Source: Candidatus Omnitrophota bacterium (lineage in GTDB: Bacteria > Omnitrophota > Gorgyraeia > JABMRN01 > RBG-13-46-9). Taken from it: 64,000 bases of DNA. Below are positions 18,079-26,048 of this stretch, one piece after another (the first letter of the stretch is position 1; each line of letters begins with the position of its first letter). Position numbers and translations under genes: made by a program. The DNA is taken from the NCBI GenBank assembly GCA_016782425.1, contig JADHYN010000001.1:67100-131099 (forward strand). The letters run 5' to 3'. The notes beneath the pieces were generated by a model, which was not told where the DNA came from, searched no databases, and saw only the letters and a program-made list of their open reading frames with translations.

Positions 18079-18708
18079 CTACCTCTTATTGGCCAAAAAA
18101 TAAGAGAGCGTCTCGAGCTCTCTTGATAAATCTACGTTTTTTATTTTAACGTTTTCCGGCACGGAAATTGAAGCGGGGGCAAAATTTAAAATGCACTCCA
18201 CGCCTGATGACACCAGTTTATCCGCAACGCCTTGAGCGCTCTCAGCCGGAACCGCCACCACGCCTATGGTCACTTTTTTATCCTTTATATTTTTTAAGAT
18301 CTCTGAAATGTTTTGGATCGTCACGTTGCTTATTTTCTTTCCGATTTTTTTATCTTCCGAGTCAAATGCCGCGACCATGTTCAGGTTGTGCGTCTTGAAT
18401 CCCGGGTACGTAAGAAGCGCTGACCCCAGGTGCCCGGCCCCCACTACAGCTACGTTCCAGACCTTGTTTTTACCAAGTATTTTCTCAAGGGCGGTTTTAA
18501 GTTCTTCCGTATCATACCCGGCGCCACTTGTCCCGAATTGCCCCACGTGCCCCAGGTCTTTTCTCACCTGCACGTCGCTTAAGTTTACCCTTTCCCCGAG
18601 CTCTGCCGACGAGATTGTCCGGATATTCATGCCGCAAAGGACTACAATCTCCCTCAAATATAAAAAGAGCCTTGAAACAGTGCTTTCGGGAATTTTTTTA
18701 TTGCTCAT
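18079..18708 (-). CDS. rex: Redox-sensing transcriptional repressor Rex
   Basis: N-terminal IPESTVSRLFLYLR winged helix and the Rossmann motif VAVVGAGHLGSAL. Confidence 0.85.
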   Translation of the reverse strand: MSNKKIPESTVSRLFLYLREIVVLCGMNIRTISSAELGERVNLSDVQVRKDLGHVGQFGTSGAGYDTEELKTALEKILGKNKVWNVAVVGAGHLGSALLTYPGFKTHNLNMVAAFDSEDKKIGKKISNVTIQNISEILKNIKDKKVTIGVVAVPAESAQGVADKLVSSGVECILNFAPASISVPENVKIKNVDLSRELETLSYFLANKR

Positions 18709-18731
18709 TGCTCGTTCCGTTCTTCACGAAC

Positions 18732-18760
18732 TTTGTACCATTTTTCACGGAATTAGTCAA
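18732..18760 (-). promoter_or_regulatory. Candidate sigma70-type promoter for the rex-hydrogenase array
   Basis: On the minus strand, TTGACT, a 17-nt spacer, then TACAAA, about 25 nt upstream of the rex ATG. Confidence 0.45.
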
Positions 18761-18768
18761 GAAAAAAC

Positions 18769-18797
18769 TTGACAATATTCGTTAAATAGAATACAAT
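18769..18797 (+). promoter_or_regulatory. Candidate sigma70-type promoter for the Rrf2-TauE-DUF2490 unit
   Basis: TTGACA (18769-18774), a 17-nt spacer, then TACAAT (18792-18797), with the ATG at 18823. Confidence 0.55.
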
Positions 18798-18822
18798 CCC
18801 TATAAACAAAGTAGGGAATTGC

Positions 18823-19224
18823 ATGAGACTAACGACAAAAAGCGAATATTCGATACTGGCTCTCATTTACATTGCCCGCCATAAAAAGGTTGGCTTCGTA
18901 AAAATTGGAGCTATTTCTTCCAAGTACGATATCCCCCACAAATACCTCGAGCATTTGCTTCTTGTGCTTAAACAAAACAGGTTCCTGAAAGCGCGTCGAG
19001 GTGCCGCGGGAGGCTATATACTGGCTCTGCCTCCCCGGAAAATACGCATAGCAGATATTATCCGTCTAATGGACGGGGCGCTCGCGCCGACAGAATCGGT
19101 AAGTACGTATTTTTTCTCACATACGCCCCTAGAAAAAGAAAAAAAAATAATGTTTGTTTTCAAGGAAATAAGGGACTACATTTCAAAGAAGATGGAAAAA
19201 CTAAAGCTTTCTGACCTGGTATAA
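18823..19224 (+). CDS. Rrf2-family transcriptional regulator (no Cys cluster)
   Basis: MRLTTKSEYSILALIYIA..GAAGGYILA wHTH signature. Confidence 0.85.
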   Translation: MRLTTKSEYSILALIYIARHKKVGFVKIGAISSKYDIPHKYLEHLLLVLKQNRFLKARRGAAGGYILALPPRKIRIADIIRLMDGALAPTESVSTYFFSHTPLEKEKKIMFVFKEIRDYISKKMEKLKLSDLV

Positions 19225-19237
19225 AAAGGAGACATAA

Positions 19238-19999
19238 ATGGAAGATACAAAGCTTCTTTTTCTTATACCCTTGGCGTTCGTCTGCGAGTTTATTGATTCA
19301 AGCCTCGGCATGGGATATGGGACAAGCCTCACCCCTATTCTTCTTCTCATGGGATTTCAGCCGCTTCAGGTAGTGCCAGCCGTTCTTCTTTCTGAATTCG
19401 TATCCGGAATCACGGCTGCCTCGTTTCATCATACTATACAAAATGTGGATTTTAAGCTCAAATCCAAGGATACGCATATCGCCGTTGTTCTGGCTGTATT
19501 TTCTGTAATAGGGACTGTCGCTGCCGTATTTCTGGCAATAAAATTACCTGCTCGTATTTTAAAGCTCTGGATCGGCTGGATAGTCGTCTTCATGGGCGTT
19601 TTTATATTGGCTACTTTTAAAAGACCCCCCAGATTTACTTGGAAAAAAATTACGATTCTCGGTACTATTGCCTCTTTTAATAAGGGCATGTCAGGCGGTG
19701 GATACGGCCCTCTCGTCATGGGTGGGCAGATGCTTTCCGGAATAGGCGTAAAAAATGCGGTAGCGATCACGTCTTTAGCCGAAGGGGTTACCTGCCTTGC
19801 GGGTGTAATAGTATATTTTTTCGCCTCGACTAAAATTGACTGGACACTTGCGCCATGGTTAATGACCGGCGCAGTTCTATCGGTGCCCTTGGCAGCGCAT
19901 ATTTTAAAGCGCATTCCTGAGAAAAAGGCTAAAATCATAGTGGCTATTGTTATGGTACTGCTTGGATCGCTGACATTGTTTAAGGTATTTGCAAAATAA
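19238..19999 (+). CDS. TauE/SafE (TSUP) family anion permease
   Basis: 253-aa polytopic protein with internal two-fold repeat features (GMGYG, GGGYGP). Confidence 0.75.
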   Translation: MEDTKLLFLIPLAFVCEFIDSSLGMGYGTSLTPILLLMGFQPLQVVPAVLLSEFVSGITAASFHHTIQNVDFKLKSKDTHIAVVLAVFSVIGTVAAVFLAIKLPARILKLWIGWIVVFMGVFILATFKRPPRFTWKKITILGTIASFNKGMSGGGYGPLVMGGQMLSGIGVKNAVAITSLAEGVTCLAGVIVYFFASTKIDWTLAPWLMTGAVLSVPLAAHILKRIPEKKAKIIVAIVMVLLGSLTLFKVFAK

Positions 20000-20010
20000 C
20001 AAAAGAAAAA

Positions 20011-20670
20011 ATGTATAAGAAAATAGCTTTGTTATCTCTTGGTTTTTCGCTGCTTTCTTTTTGTTCGGCTCGCGCTTTTCAAAACGGAGATTTTCAATAC
20101 TGGAACGTCGAAACAATTCAGGTTAAGATTTCAGATAAAGCAAAACTTGGTATCCAGGAAGAATTTCGTTTTGGTGACAACGCCAGTACCTGGTACTATA
20201 ATCACACTGACATTGGGATTAAATATAAAACTAACAAATATCTGGAAACGGGCGTGTTTTACCGTCAGATTATCGAGAAGAAAAGTAAGCACTGGAACCC
20301 GGAATACAGGCCTCACATTGACGCCACGTTACAAATTGATCTTTTTAGTTTCAGGCTAAAAGATCGAAACAGGATCGCTTACAGGATCCGTGGAAATAAA
20401 CACGGTACCTGGAGCTATAGAAATAAAGCCTACATTGGATTACCGTTTGATATACGGAACATAAAATTTACTCCTTACGTCGCGGACGAGATCTTTATAC
20501 AAACCGACACAAAGGGCATAAGCCGAAATCGGCTATATCTGGGCATGAAGTTTCCGTTCGTCGAGAAATTAACCGTGGATGTATTCTATCTTAGGCAGGC
20601 CACAAGGGGCGCAAAAGATAAGTGGACGGATTATAACATATTCGGAACAAGCGCAACTATCTCTTTCTAA
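20011..20670 (+). CDS. Outer-membrane beta-barrel-like protein (DUF2490-like)
   Basis: Signal peptide (..SFCSARA), alternating aromatic beta-strand pattern and a C-terminal Phe. Confidence 0.55.
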   Translation: MYKKIALLSLGFSLLSFCSARAFQNGDFQYWNVETIQVKISDKAKLGIQEEFRFGDNASTWYYNHTDIGIKYKTNKYLETGVFYRQIIEKKSKHWNPEYRPHIDATLQIDLFSFRLKDRNRIAYRIRGNKHGTWSYRNKAYIGLPFDIRNIKFTPYVADEIFIQTDTKGISRNRLYLGMKFPFVEKLTVDVFYLRQATRGAKDKWTDYNIFGTSATISF

Positions 20671-20677
20671 GCCAAAT

Positions 20678-21316
20678 CTATTTAAAAATAAACCCTGTTT
20701 CGTTCGACCAGAATAAAAGATCCAGCGCCCCGAGCGGTATATTGTTTTTTTTAGCAAATTTCCTCATTTTATTTTCTATTTCCAGGTAATTTTTTTTCGT
20801 GATTGTTTCCGGAACTTTTTTGACGACTCTTTCTTTCTTAAGATTCCGGATAACATGCCTGTCTATTATCGCGATATCCCTGCCAAGCCCTATGTTTCTC
20901 AGAAAATGGCTCGCCTCTTTGTAGCCCAACCCTTTTATTTCTTTAACAAGTTTATCGCGAATAAAAAAAACGTTTTTTGTTCCTAAAAATTCTTTGCACC
21001 GAAGCCTGCCTTTTTTCGTAAGCGCTTTCCTGGCAAGTACAATATATTCGGCTTTTTTGTTATGAAAGCGCACCCAGCGCTTTAATATTGGTTTTATTTT
21101 GTTCGCAGAGCCTTCCAGGAGAAGTTTTTTCTTACGTAACTTGCAAAGCGCCTTATTGCAGTTTACTGCTTTTGATTGAGGGGTAAGAAGACAAAAACAT
21201 AGTTCCGCAAATATATGCTCATCTTCATTACCAAGATTTTTCTCAAACTCTTCCAGCCGCTTCGTGATCTCTTTTCTCTTCTTCTTATACTCAGCAACAA
21301 TAAGGGGACGTTTCAC
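20678..21316 (-). CDS. 8-oxoguanine DNA glycosylase/AP lyase, Ogg2-type HhH-GPD
   Basis: GLGYKEASHFLRNIG (HhH with the catalytic Lys) and IIDRHV (Asp). GTG start. Confidence 0.7.
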   Translation of the reverse strand: MKRPLIVAEYKKKRKEITKRLEEFEKNLGNEDEHIFAELCFCLLTPQSKAVNCNKALCKLRKKKLLLEGSANKIKPILKRWVRFHNKKAEYIVLARKALTKKGRLRCKEFLGTKNVFFIRDKLVKEIKGLGYKEASHFLRNIGLGRDIAIIDRHVIRNLKKERVVKKVPETITKKNYLEIENKMRKFAKKNNIPLGALDLLFWSNETGFIFK

Positions 21317-21455
21317 TTTATTCTAATCCTTTTAATATCAATGAGTTGCAACCTGCTGTTTTCCATTTTGCCATTACCTTATTTTTTTTGGAAAAGGACG
21401 TGTTATAACCCTATTACCTGCAATAAGTTACAACAAGATGAAACGTCCCCTTATT
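21299..21455 (-). promoter_or_regulatory. 17-nt perfect inverted repeat able to pair with the ogg start codon region
   Basis: AATAAGGGGACGTTTCA (21299-21315) is the exact reverse complement of 21439-21455. The arms are 123 nt apart, and the downstream arm covers 2 of the 3 nt of the GTG start (21314-21316) plus codons 2-6. Confidence 0.4.
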
Positions 21456-21457
21456 AG

Positions 21458-21646
21458 TCATGAAGCTAGTTTTATGAGGTTTTCGGCGAGTTTTATATGT
21501 GCTGCTTCGTCATTTCTTATGGAAACCAGTTTCTCTTTTATCTTCTCATCTTCCAGCTGGTCGATGTAATGATTGTAAAAGTGTTTCGCCCGTTTCTCCA
21601 GTTCCAGTATCGCATAGAATTCTTTTCTTAAAATCTCAATACTCAT
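21458..21646 (-). CDS. Small helical protein, possible ferritin-like half (ExxH)
   Basis: 62 aa with a heptad-like helical pattern and NDEAAH. It overlaps the upstream ORF by 11 nt. Confidence 0.35.
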   Translation of the reverse strand: MSIEILRKEFYAILELEKRAKHFYNHYIDQLEDEKIKEKLVSIRNDEAAHIKLAENLIKLAS

Positions 21647-21878
21647 CTTTTGAAGCCTTTCTCACGTCCTCAATTATATTATCTATCACTTCTTTGTGCC
21701 TTGTAGAATCGCGATAGAGTTTTGTAAGTATTGCGTTTATTTTTTCTTTTTTTTGAGGGTCAACGTTCTTTGTTTCTTTTAAAAGACTTTTGGAAAACTT
21801 AGCAAAGAGCGTTACCATGCCTTCTTCAACGTATGTAAGCTCATGGAGCCCTCCGAGCAGCCTTGTCTTTGAGATCAT
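21636..21878 (-). CDS. Small helical protein, possible ferritin-like half
   Basis: 80 aa, overlapping the trxB stop by 4 nt, with an E-rich helix pair. Confidence 0.35.
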   Translation of the reverse strand: MISKTRLLGGLHELTYVEEGMVTLFAKFSKSLLKETKNVDPQKKEKINAILTKLYRDSTRHKEVIDNIIEDVRKASKDEY

Positions 21879-22786
21879 GCTCCTCCTTTTGATCGCGCTA
21901 AATATCTGAATACGGAAAGTGTAGCCTTCGCGCCCTCTCCTGCGGCTATTATGATCTGTTTTTCAGGTATGTCAGTAACGTCACCGGCTGCAAATATGCC
22001 GGATATGCTTGTTTCATTATACGAATTTATTTTTATTTCGCCTTTTTTATTCTTTTCAAGGGATCTAAGAAACGCCGAGTTCGGAACAAGGCCTATTTCC
22101 ACAAAAATGCCCTCGAGAGGAATTTTTCTTTCGGCGCCACGCACTTTTATTTTTAACCCGTTTACCATTTTGTCCCCGGTAATCTCCAGGATCTCGGCGC
22201 CGGTTACGATCTCGACCTTTTTGTCATATCTTGCTTTTTCTTCCAGTATCGCGTCACCCGTTATCTTATTTGATGCTTCTATAAGATAGATCTTCTTCGC
22301 GATTTTCATAAGCTGTATTACAGCTTCTAAACCTGCGTTTCCCCCGCCTATTACAGCTACATCTTTTCCGGCAAACACAGGCCCGTCGCAAGTCGCGCAG
22401 TAGGTAACTCCTTTGTTTTTGAATTGTTTTTCGCCTGGGATACCGAGTTCACGCGATTTTTTACCGGAGGCGATAATGACGGTTTTTGTTTCGTATTCAC
22501 CGCTTTCTGTCTTGATCTTTATACTATTGCTTTCTTTTGTGAGGCGTTTTACTTTTTCACCTTCTTTAAGAGGAACCTCGTATTTTTTCATGTGTTCGGC
22601 AAACTTTGCCACAAGGCTTGTTCCTGCGATGAACTGGTATCCTGTGTAGTTCTCTATGTCCCCGCTCCACGCTGTCTGTCCTCCTATGTCCTCGCTGATA
22701 ACAAGAAAATTCATGCGTTTCCGCGCAGCATATACGCTTGCTGTTATCCCTGCTGGGCCTGCTCCTATTATTACGAGATCGTACAT
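21875..22786 (-). CDS. trxB: Thioredoxin-disulfide reductase-like flavoprotein
   Basis: IIGAGPAG, the redox-active CATCDG, and VIGGGNAG motifs. Confidence 0.85.
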   Translation of the reverse strand: MYDLVIIGAGPAGITASVYAARKRMNFLVISEDIGGQTAWSGDIENYTGYQFIAGTSLVAKFAEHMKKYEVPLKEGEKVKRLTKESNSIKIKTESGEYETKTVIIASGKKSRELGIPGEKQFKNKGVTYCATCDGPVFAGKDVAVIGGGNAGLEAVIQLMKIAKKIYLIEASNKITGDAILEEKARYDKKVEIVTGAEILEITGDKMVNGLKIKVRGAERKIPLEGIFVEIGLVPNSAFLRSLEKNKKGEIKINSYNETSISGIFAAGDVTDIPEKQIIIAAGEGAKATLSVFRYLARSKGGA

Positions 22787-22792
22787 ACGCGC

Positions 22793-22889
22793 CTTCCGTT
22801 ACGATGGACGAGGGGACGACCGCTCGCTTCGCTCGCTAGGACGATGGACGATTCGTCCATCGTCTTTTCGTCCTTTCGTCCCTCGGAAC
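22793..22889. repeat. Palindromic intergenic element, family 1, copy b
   Basis: ttccgttacgatggacga..gacgaccgctcgcttcgctcgct..tcgtcctttcgtccctcggaac. Confidence 0.65.
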
Positions 22890-23923
22890 TAGAAAATTGC
22901 ATTAGCCAGAATCCCAAACAAAACAACCTGTGGCACAGTGACGATCGGCAGCCACATAGCTGTCCTCTTGCCTATATTGTGCCATATGAGGCCTATCTCC
23001 GTATAGTCGGTCGCTACACCTGCCATCAAAAATACAAAGCTGTTGCCGAGGGCTCCTGTCTGCCGAAAAATCTCAAACGCCATGGGAGCCGAGCCTTCGG
23101 AACATACCTCTATTACGGTCGCCAACGCAAGCGTAACAAAAAGTCCGAGCATGGTGGGCCCCATGTAGCTTTTGAAAAATTCAGGGGGGATATAGGCCCC
23201 GGCAAGGCTCGCAAGAGCCATGCCTATAAAAACCCACCATAAAACCATGTTTCCGAGCGACAAGGTGCCGGCATATATACCTTTGATATCCTCTTTTATT
23301 TGTTGAAAAGAAAAATTGTACTGCTTTACTCTTTTTTTAATGTCATCTGTTATAGAGAAATCGTCTTTTGTGTATACAATATTATTATTTTTTTCGATAA
23401 GATTCTTCTTTTCCAGGAACTGAAACACAAACCCCGTTATAATGGCAATTACGAATGCGCTTATAATTATAAATAATGCCTTGAGCCCGAAAAAACCTAA
23501 GAGCATTATTGTGATCGTAAGATTGGCCCAGGGACTCGCCAGAAGAAATGATACTACAGCGGGATTCGAGGCGCCTTTTTTGTGAAGTTCTATAGATAAT
23601 GCCAATATTCCGTGCGAACACGCGCTTGCGAGAAATCCCAGGAGAACAGAATAAAAAATAGTTCTTTTTTTTGGTTTTGCCAGGATGTGTGAAATATATT
23701 CTCTTGGGACGTAATACTCCATGGCTCCTCCGAGAACAAGTCCCAGGAGTATCGCCCACCAGATTTTGCCAAGATATGCAAACAAGGACTGTCTGAATGG
23801 CGCAAGAAATGTAACCGGGTAAGAAATCAATACGAGAAAAGCCAGGATAGAAGCAGTTATGAACGTTTTATTTAGATATAACGGGACAGCGTTTTTCTTG
23901 CAGCAGGCCGGATCTTTTGTCAT
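22889..23923 (-). CDS. Permease, COG0701/DUF318 (YraQ/ArsP-like)
   Basis: 344-aa polytopic protein with an N-terminal CC pair and a two-domain permease layout. Confidence 0.65.
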   Translation of the reverse strand: MTKDPACCKKNAVPLYLNKTFITASILAFLVLISYPVTFLAPFRQSLFAYLGKIWWAILLGLVLGGAMEYYVPREYISHILAKPKKRTIFYSVLLGFLASACSHGILALSIELHKKGASNPAVVSFLLASPWANLTITIMLLGFFGLKALFIIISAFVIAIITGFVFQFLEKKNLIEKNNNIVYTKDDFSITDDIKKRVKQYNFSFQQIKEDIKGIYAGTLSLGNMVLWWVFIGMALASLAGAYIPPEFFKSYMGPTMLGLFVTLALATVIEVCSEGSAPMAFEIFRQTGALGNSFVFLMAGVATDYTEIGLIWHNIGKRTAMWLPIVTVPQVVLFGILANAIF

Positions 23924-23924
23924 T

Positions 23925-24161
23925 TTATATGCCGAGTGATTTCTTTATAGCGTCTTTATCAAAGCCGGTGATGATATCGCCTTCTATGTCGAGAACCGGA
24001 ACGCCCATCTGTCCGGATTTGTCTATCATTTCCTGCGCTTTTTCCTGGTTTGAGGAAACGTCTATGTCTTCGAAATTTATGTTATTATCTTTAAAAAATT
24101 GCTTTACTTTTATGCAGTACGGGCACGTGGGGGTTGAATAAATTGCTACTTTTTTCGCCAT
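23925..24161 (-). CDS. Glutaredoxin-like protein (CPYC)
   Basis: IYSTPTCPYCIKVKQFF..GVPVL. Confidence 0.8.
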   Translation of the reverse strand: MAKKVAIYSTPTCPYCIKVKQFFKDNNINFEDIDVSSNQEKAQEMIDKSGQMGVPVLDIEGDIITGFDKDAIKKSLGI

Positions 24162-24186
24162 AATTTTTTCCTTTCATTAATAAAAG

Positions 24187-24660
24187 TTAAAAAGCCAGGA
24201 CTTCCTTTATGTTTTCCAGATCTTTTACGTGCTTTTCTTCTTCCTTAATAAGGGTATCTATCAGATTATCCTGCTCTTTTGGCACGATTTTTTTCATACC
24301 TTTGTAAAACTCTATGGACTCTCTTTCAAACCCAAGCGCAGTCTCAAGCGCTTCTTCCGTTGTTTTCGCATTTTTAGCGTACAGAACGCCTTTTGCTCTT
24401 TGTGTAAATACGTACTGGCTTGCAAGCGCGTTCATGTGGGAAAAATACTCCTCGGGGTACGCTTCTTTCGGCTCGTATTCTTTAACCGTATGCAGGATTT
24501 TCTTGAATACATCTATGTGATGCGCTTCCTGTTCGGCCAGGTAAGAAAAAAGATCCTTTGCTTTCGGTTTCCTTGTATTCTTGACAAGCTCTTCGTAAAA
24601 CTCTTTTCCGTTTATCTCTATTTGCACGCCGAGCTCTACTATTTCACTTGCTGTAAACAT
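24187..24660 (-). CDS. Rubrerythrin/ferritin-like di-iron protein without a rubredoxin domain
   Basis: Two E..ExxH-type motifs (EQEAHH, EEEKHV) in a four-helix pattern. Confidence 0.6.
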   Translation of the reverse strand: MFTASEIVELGVQIEINGKEFYEELVKNTRKPKAKDLFSYLAEQEAHHIDVFKKILHTVKEYEPKEAYPEEYFSHMNALASQYVFTQRAKGVLYAKNAKTTEEALETALGFERESIEFYKGMKKIVPKEQDNLIDTLIKEEEKHVKDLENIKEVLAF

Positions 24661-24670
24661 GTTTTTCTCC

Positions 24671-25111
24671 TTATAGAGCTACTTCTTTCGCCCACGCCCC
24701 GTGAAGGGTGCACAACTCTATAGCTGTCAACGTACCAGAACTTGCCTTAAGATGCAATGCCGCTGCAGGATTAAGCTTTCCAGGCATTAAAATAACTCTC
24801 GAAATGAATTCCTTATCCAGGTAAAAATCAATATGCGTAATAAAGTGCTTCTTCTCCATGGGGTGTATTATTTCGCCCATTTTAACGTGCACATCAGTGC
24901 AGCCTTCTATAAGGCCGCATTTCTTCAATACAAGAACCACTGGTATGTGCTTTTTTTCAAGATCCGTCAGGTTCTTGGGATCGGCCGGAGTTTTGATAGC
25001 ATCGATTTTTTCTTCAAAAGATGCCTTTGGCGCGTGACATACCGGACAGTTCTCAGGGGCGTTACCATTGATCGCGATATAGCCGCATACTTTGCATACG
25101 TAGATTTTCAT
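24671..25111 (-). CDS. Superoxide reductase with an N-terminal rubredoxin-type CxxC..CxxC domain
   Basis: N-terminus CKVCG..CPVCH. The SOR core has KHIPV, HPMEKKHFITH and CTLHG. Confidence 0.72.
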   Translation of the reverse strand: MKIYVCKVCGYIAINGNAPENCPVCHAPKASFEEKIDAIKTPADPKNLTDLEKKHIPVVLVLKKCGLIEGCTDVHVKMGEIIHPMEKKHFITHIDFYLDKEFISRVILMPGKLNPAAALHLKASSGTLTAIELCTLHGAWAKEVAL

Positions 25112-25134
25112 GAGATTTCCTTTTTTTGGTTTTT

Positions 25135-25258
25135 GTCAATCGGTTGTGGTTGTATCGCGCAAAACGTCGGCCGTCGAATGGTTGCGTGTTTTTTTTCGCA
25201 CGCAACCCACTGACGCAACCGATTCTCGCGACGCCACCGCAAACGCAAACGCAACCGA
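25135..25258. repeat. Palindromic intergenic element, family 2, copy b
   Basis: gtcaatcggttgtggttgtatcgcg..ggttgcgtg-T8-cgcacgcaacc..acgcaaccgattctcgcgacgc. Confidence 0.65.
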
Positions 25259-25265
25259 AAGCATA

Positions 25266-25862
25266 TTAATAATTCTCACACAATACTTCGTAATACGCCT
25301 TGGGGTGCGCACAAGCCGGGCATTTATCCGGCGCAAATTTCCCCTCGTGCACATAACCACAGTTACGGCATTTCCATTTTACAGCCGCGTCCTTCTCGAA
25401 AACTTTCCCGTCTTTTATGTTTTTCAGAAGCTTTCTGTAACGGGTTTCGTGCTCTTCTTCAACTTCAGCTATTTCTTTAAACTGCACCGCAACTTCTTCG
25501 AATCCTTCTTTTCGCGCTGTGCGCTCGGCTTCTTTGTAAAGCTTTGTCCACTCAAGGTTCTCACCCGTAGCCGCGGCCAAAAGATTCTTAGGCGTATCCC
25601 CTATTACCCCTGCCGGGTAAGATGCCTGGATTTGGAGCTCTCCGCCTTCAAGAAACTTAAAAAAGCGCTTTGCGTGTTCTTTTTCGTTATCAGCTGTCTC
25701 TAAGAAAATAGCTGCGATTTGCTCGTAGCCTGCTTTCTTAGCTACGCCACCGAAATATGTATACCTGTTTCTTGCCTGCGACTCACCTGCAAATGATGCC
25801 AGAAGATTCTTTTCTGTTTCGGTTCCTTTAATCGATTTTGTTTTTTTTGCTGTCTCTGCCAT
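25266..25862 (-). CDS. rbr: Rubrerythrin
   Basis: The di-iron domain (GESQARNRY, EKEHAKRF, EEEHETRY) plus a C-terminal CRNCG..CPAC. The start at 25862 has an AAGGAG RBS. The track's longer start lies in a repeat. Confidence 0.9.
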   Translation of the reverse strand: MAETAKKTKSIKGTETEKNLLASFAGESQARNRYTYFGGVAKKAGYEQIAAIFLETADNEKEHAKRFFKFLEGGELQIQASYPAGVIGDTPKNLLAAATGENLEWTKLYKEAERTARKEGFEEVAVQFKEIAEVEEEHETRYRKLLKNIKDGKVFEKDAAVKWKCRNCGYVHEGKFAPDKCPACAHPKAYYEVLCENY

Positions 25863-25871
25863 AAAGTCTCC

Positions 25872-25910
25872 TTTTCGTCTATCGTCCTTTCGTCCTTTCG
25901 TCCTTCGTAA
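25872..25910. repeat. Partial family-1 element (right half only)
   Basis: tcgtctatcgtcctttcgtcctttcgtccttcgtaac, between the desulforedoxin stop and the rbr start. Confidence 0.5.
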
Positions 25911-25912
25911 CA

Positions 25913-26032
25913 CTACGTCCTCTCCATTGGCTGGCCGCAGCACACTAGTTCCCCGCCTCCGGATTTAGTAACCTTCACTTCATTTCCACAAATTTCACAC
26001 TTATATTCCTCCCCTATTTTTTCTACCTGCAT
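25913..26032 (-). CDS. Desulforedoxin-like 39-aa protein (not in the supplied ORF track)
   Basis: Codon-by-codon translation gives [39 protein letters not shown]. It has the CxxC..CC Dx signature and a GTGAGG RBS. Confidence 0.7.
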   Translation of the reverse strand: MQVEKIGEEYKCEICGNEVKVTKSGGGELVCCGQPMERT

Positions 26033-26048
26033 ATGAGCCTCACTTTCT

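Noticed and set aside
18709-18822. Rex operator upstream of rex
   Set aside because: No TTGTGAA..TTCACAA-like palindrome is visible. Only direct CGTGAA repeats occur, so I make no operator call.
21437-21520. Plus-strand ORF starting ATGAAACGTCCCCTTATT, which mimics the ogg N-terminus
   Set aside because: It arises from the inverted repeat, is antisense to the 62-aa ORF, and gives a low-complexity Ser/Phe-rich product.
22424-23242. 272-aa plus-strand ORF
   Set aside because: It is antisense to trxB and the permease gene, runs through a family-1 repeat, and has no motif or RBS.
25863-25943. N-terminal 27-aa extension of the rubrerythrin ORF in the track
   Set aside because: The extension reads through a repeat and overlaps the desulforedoxin gene. 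An AAGGAG RBS supports the start at 25862.
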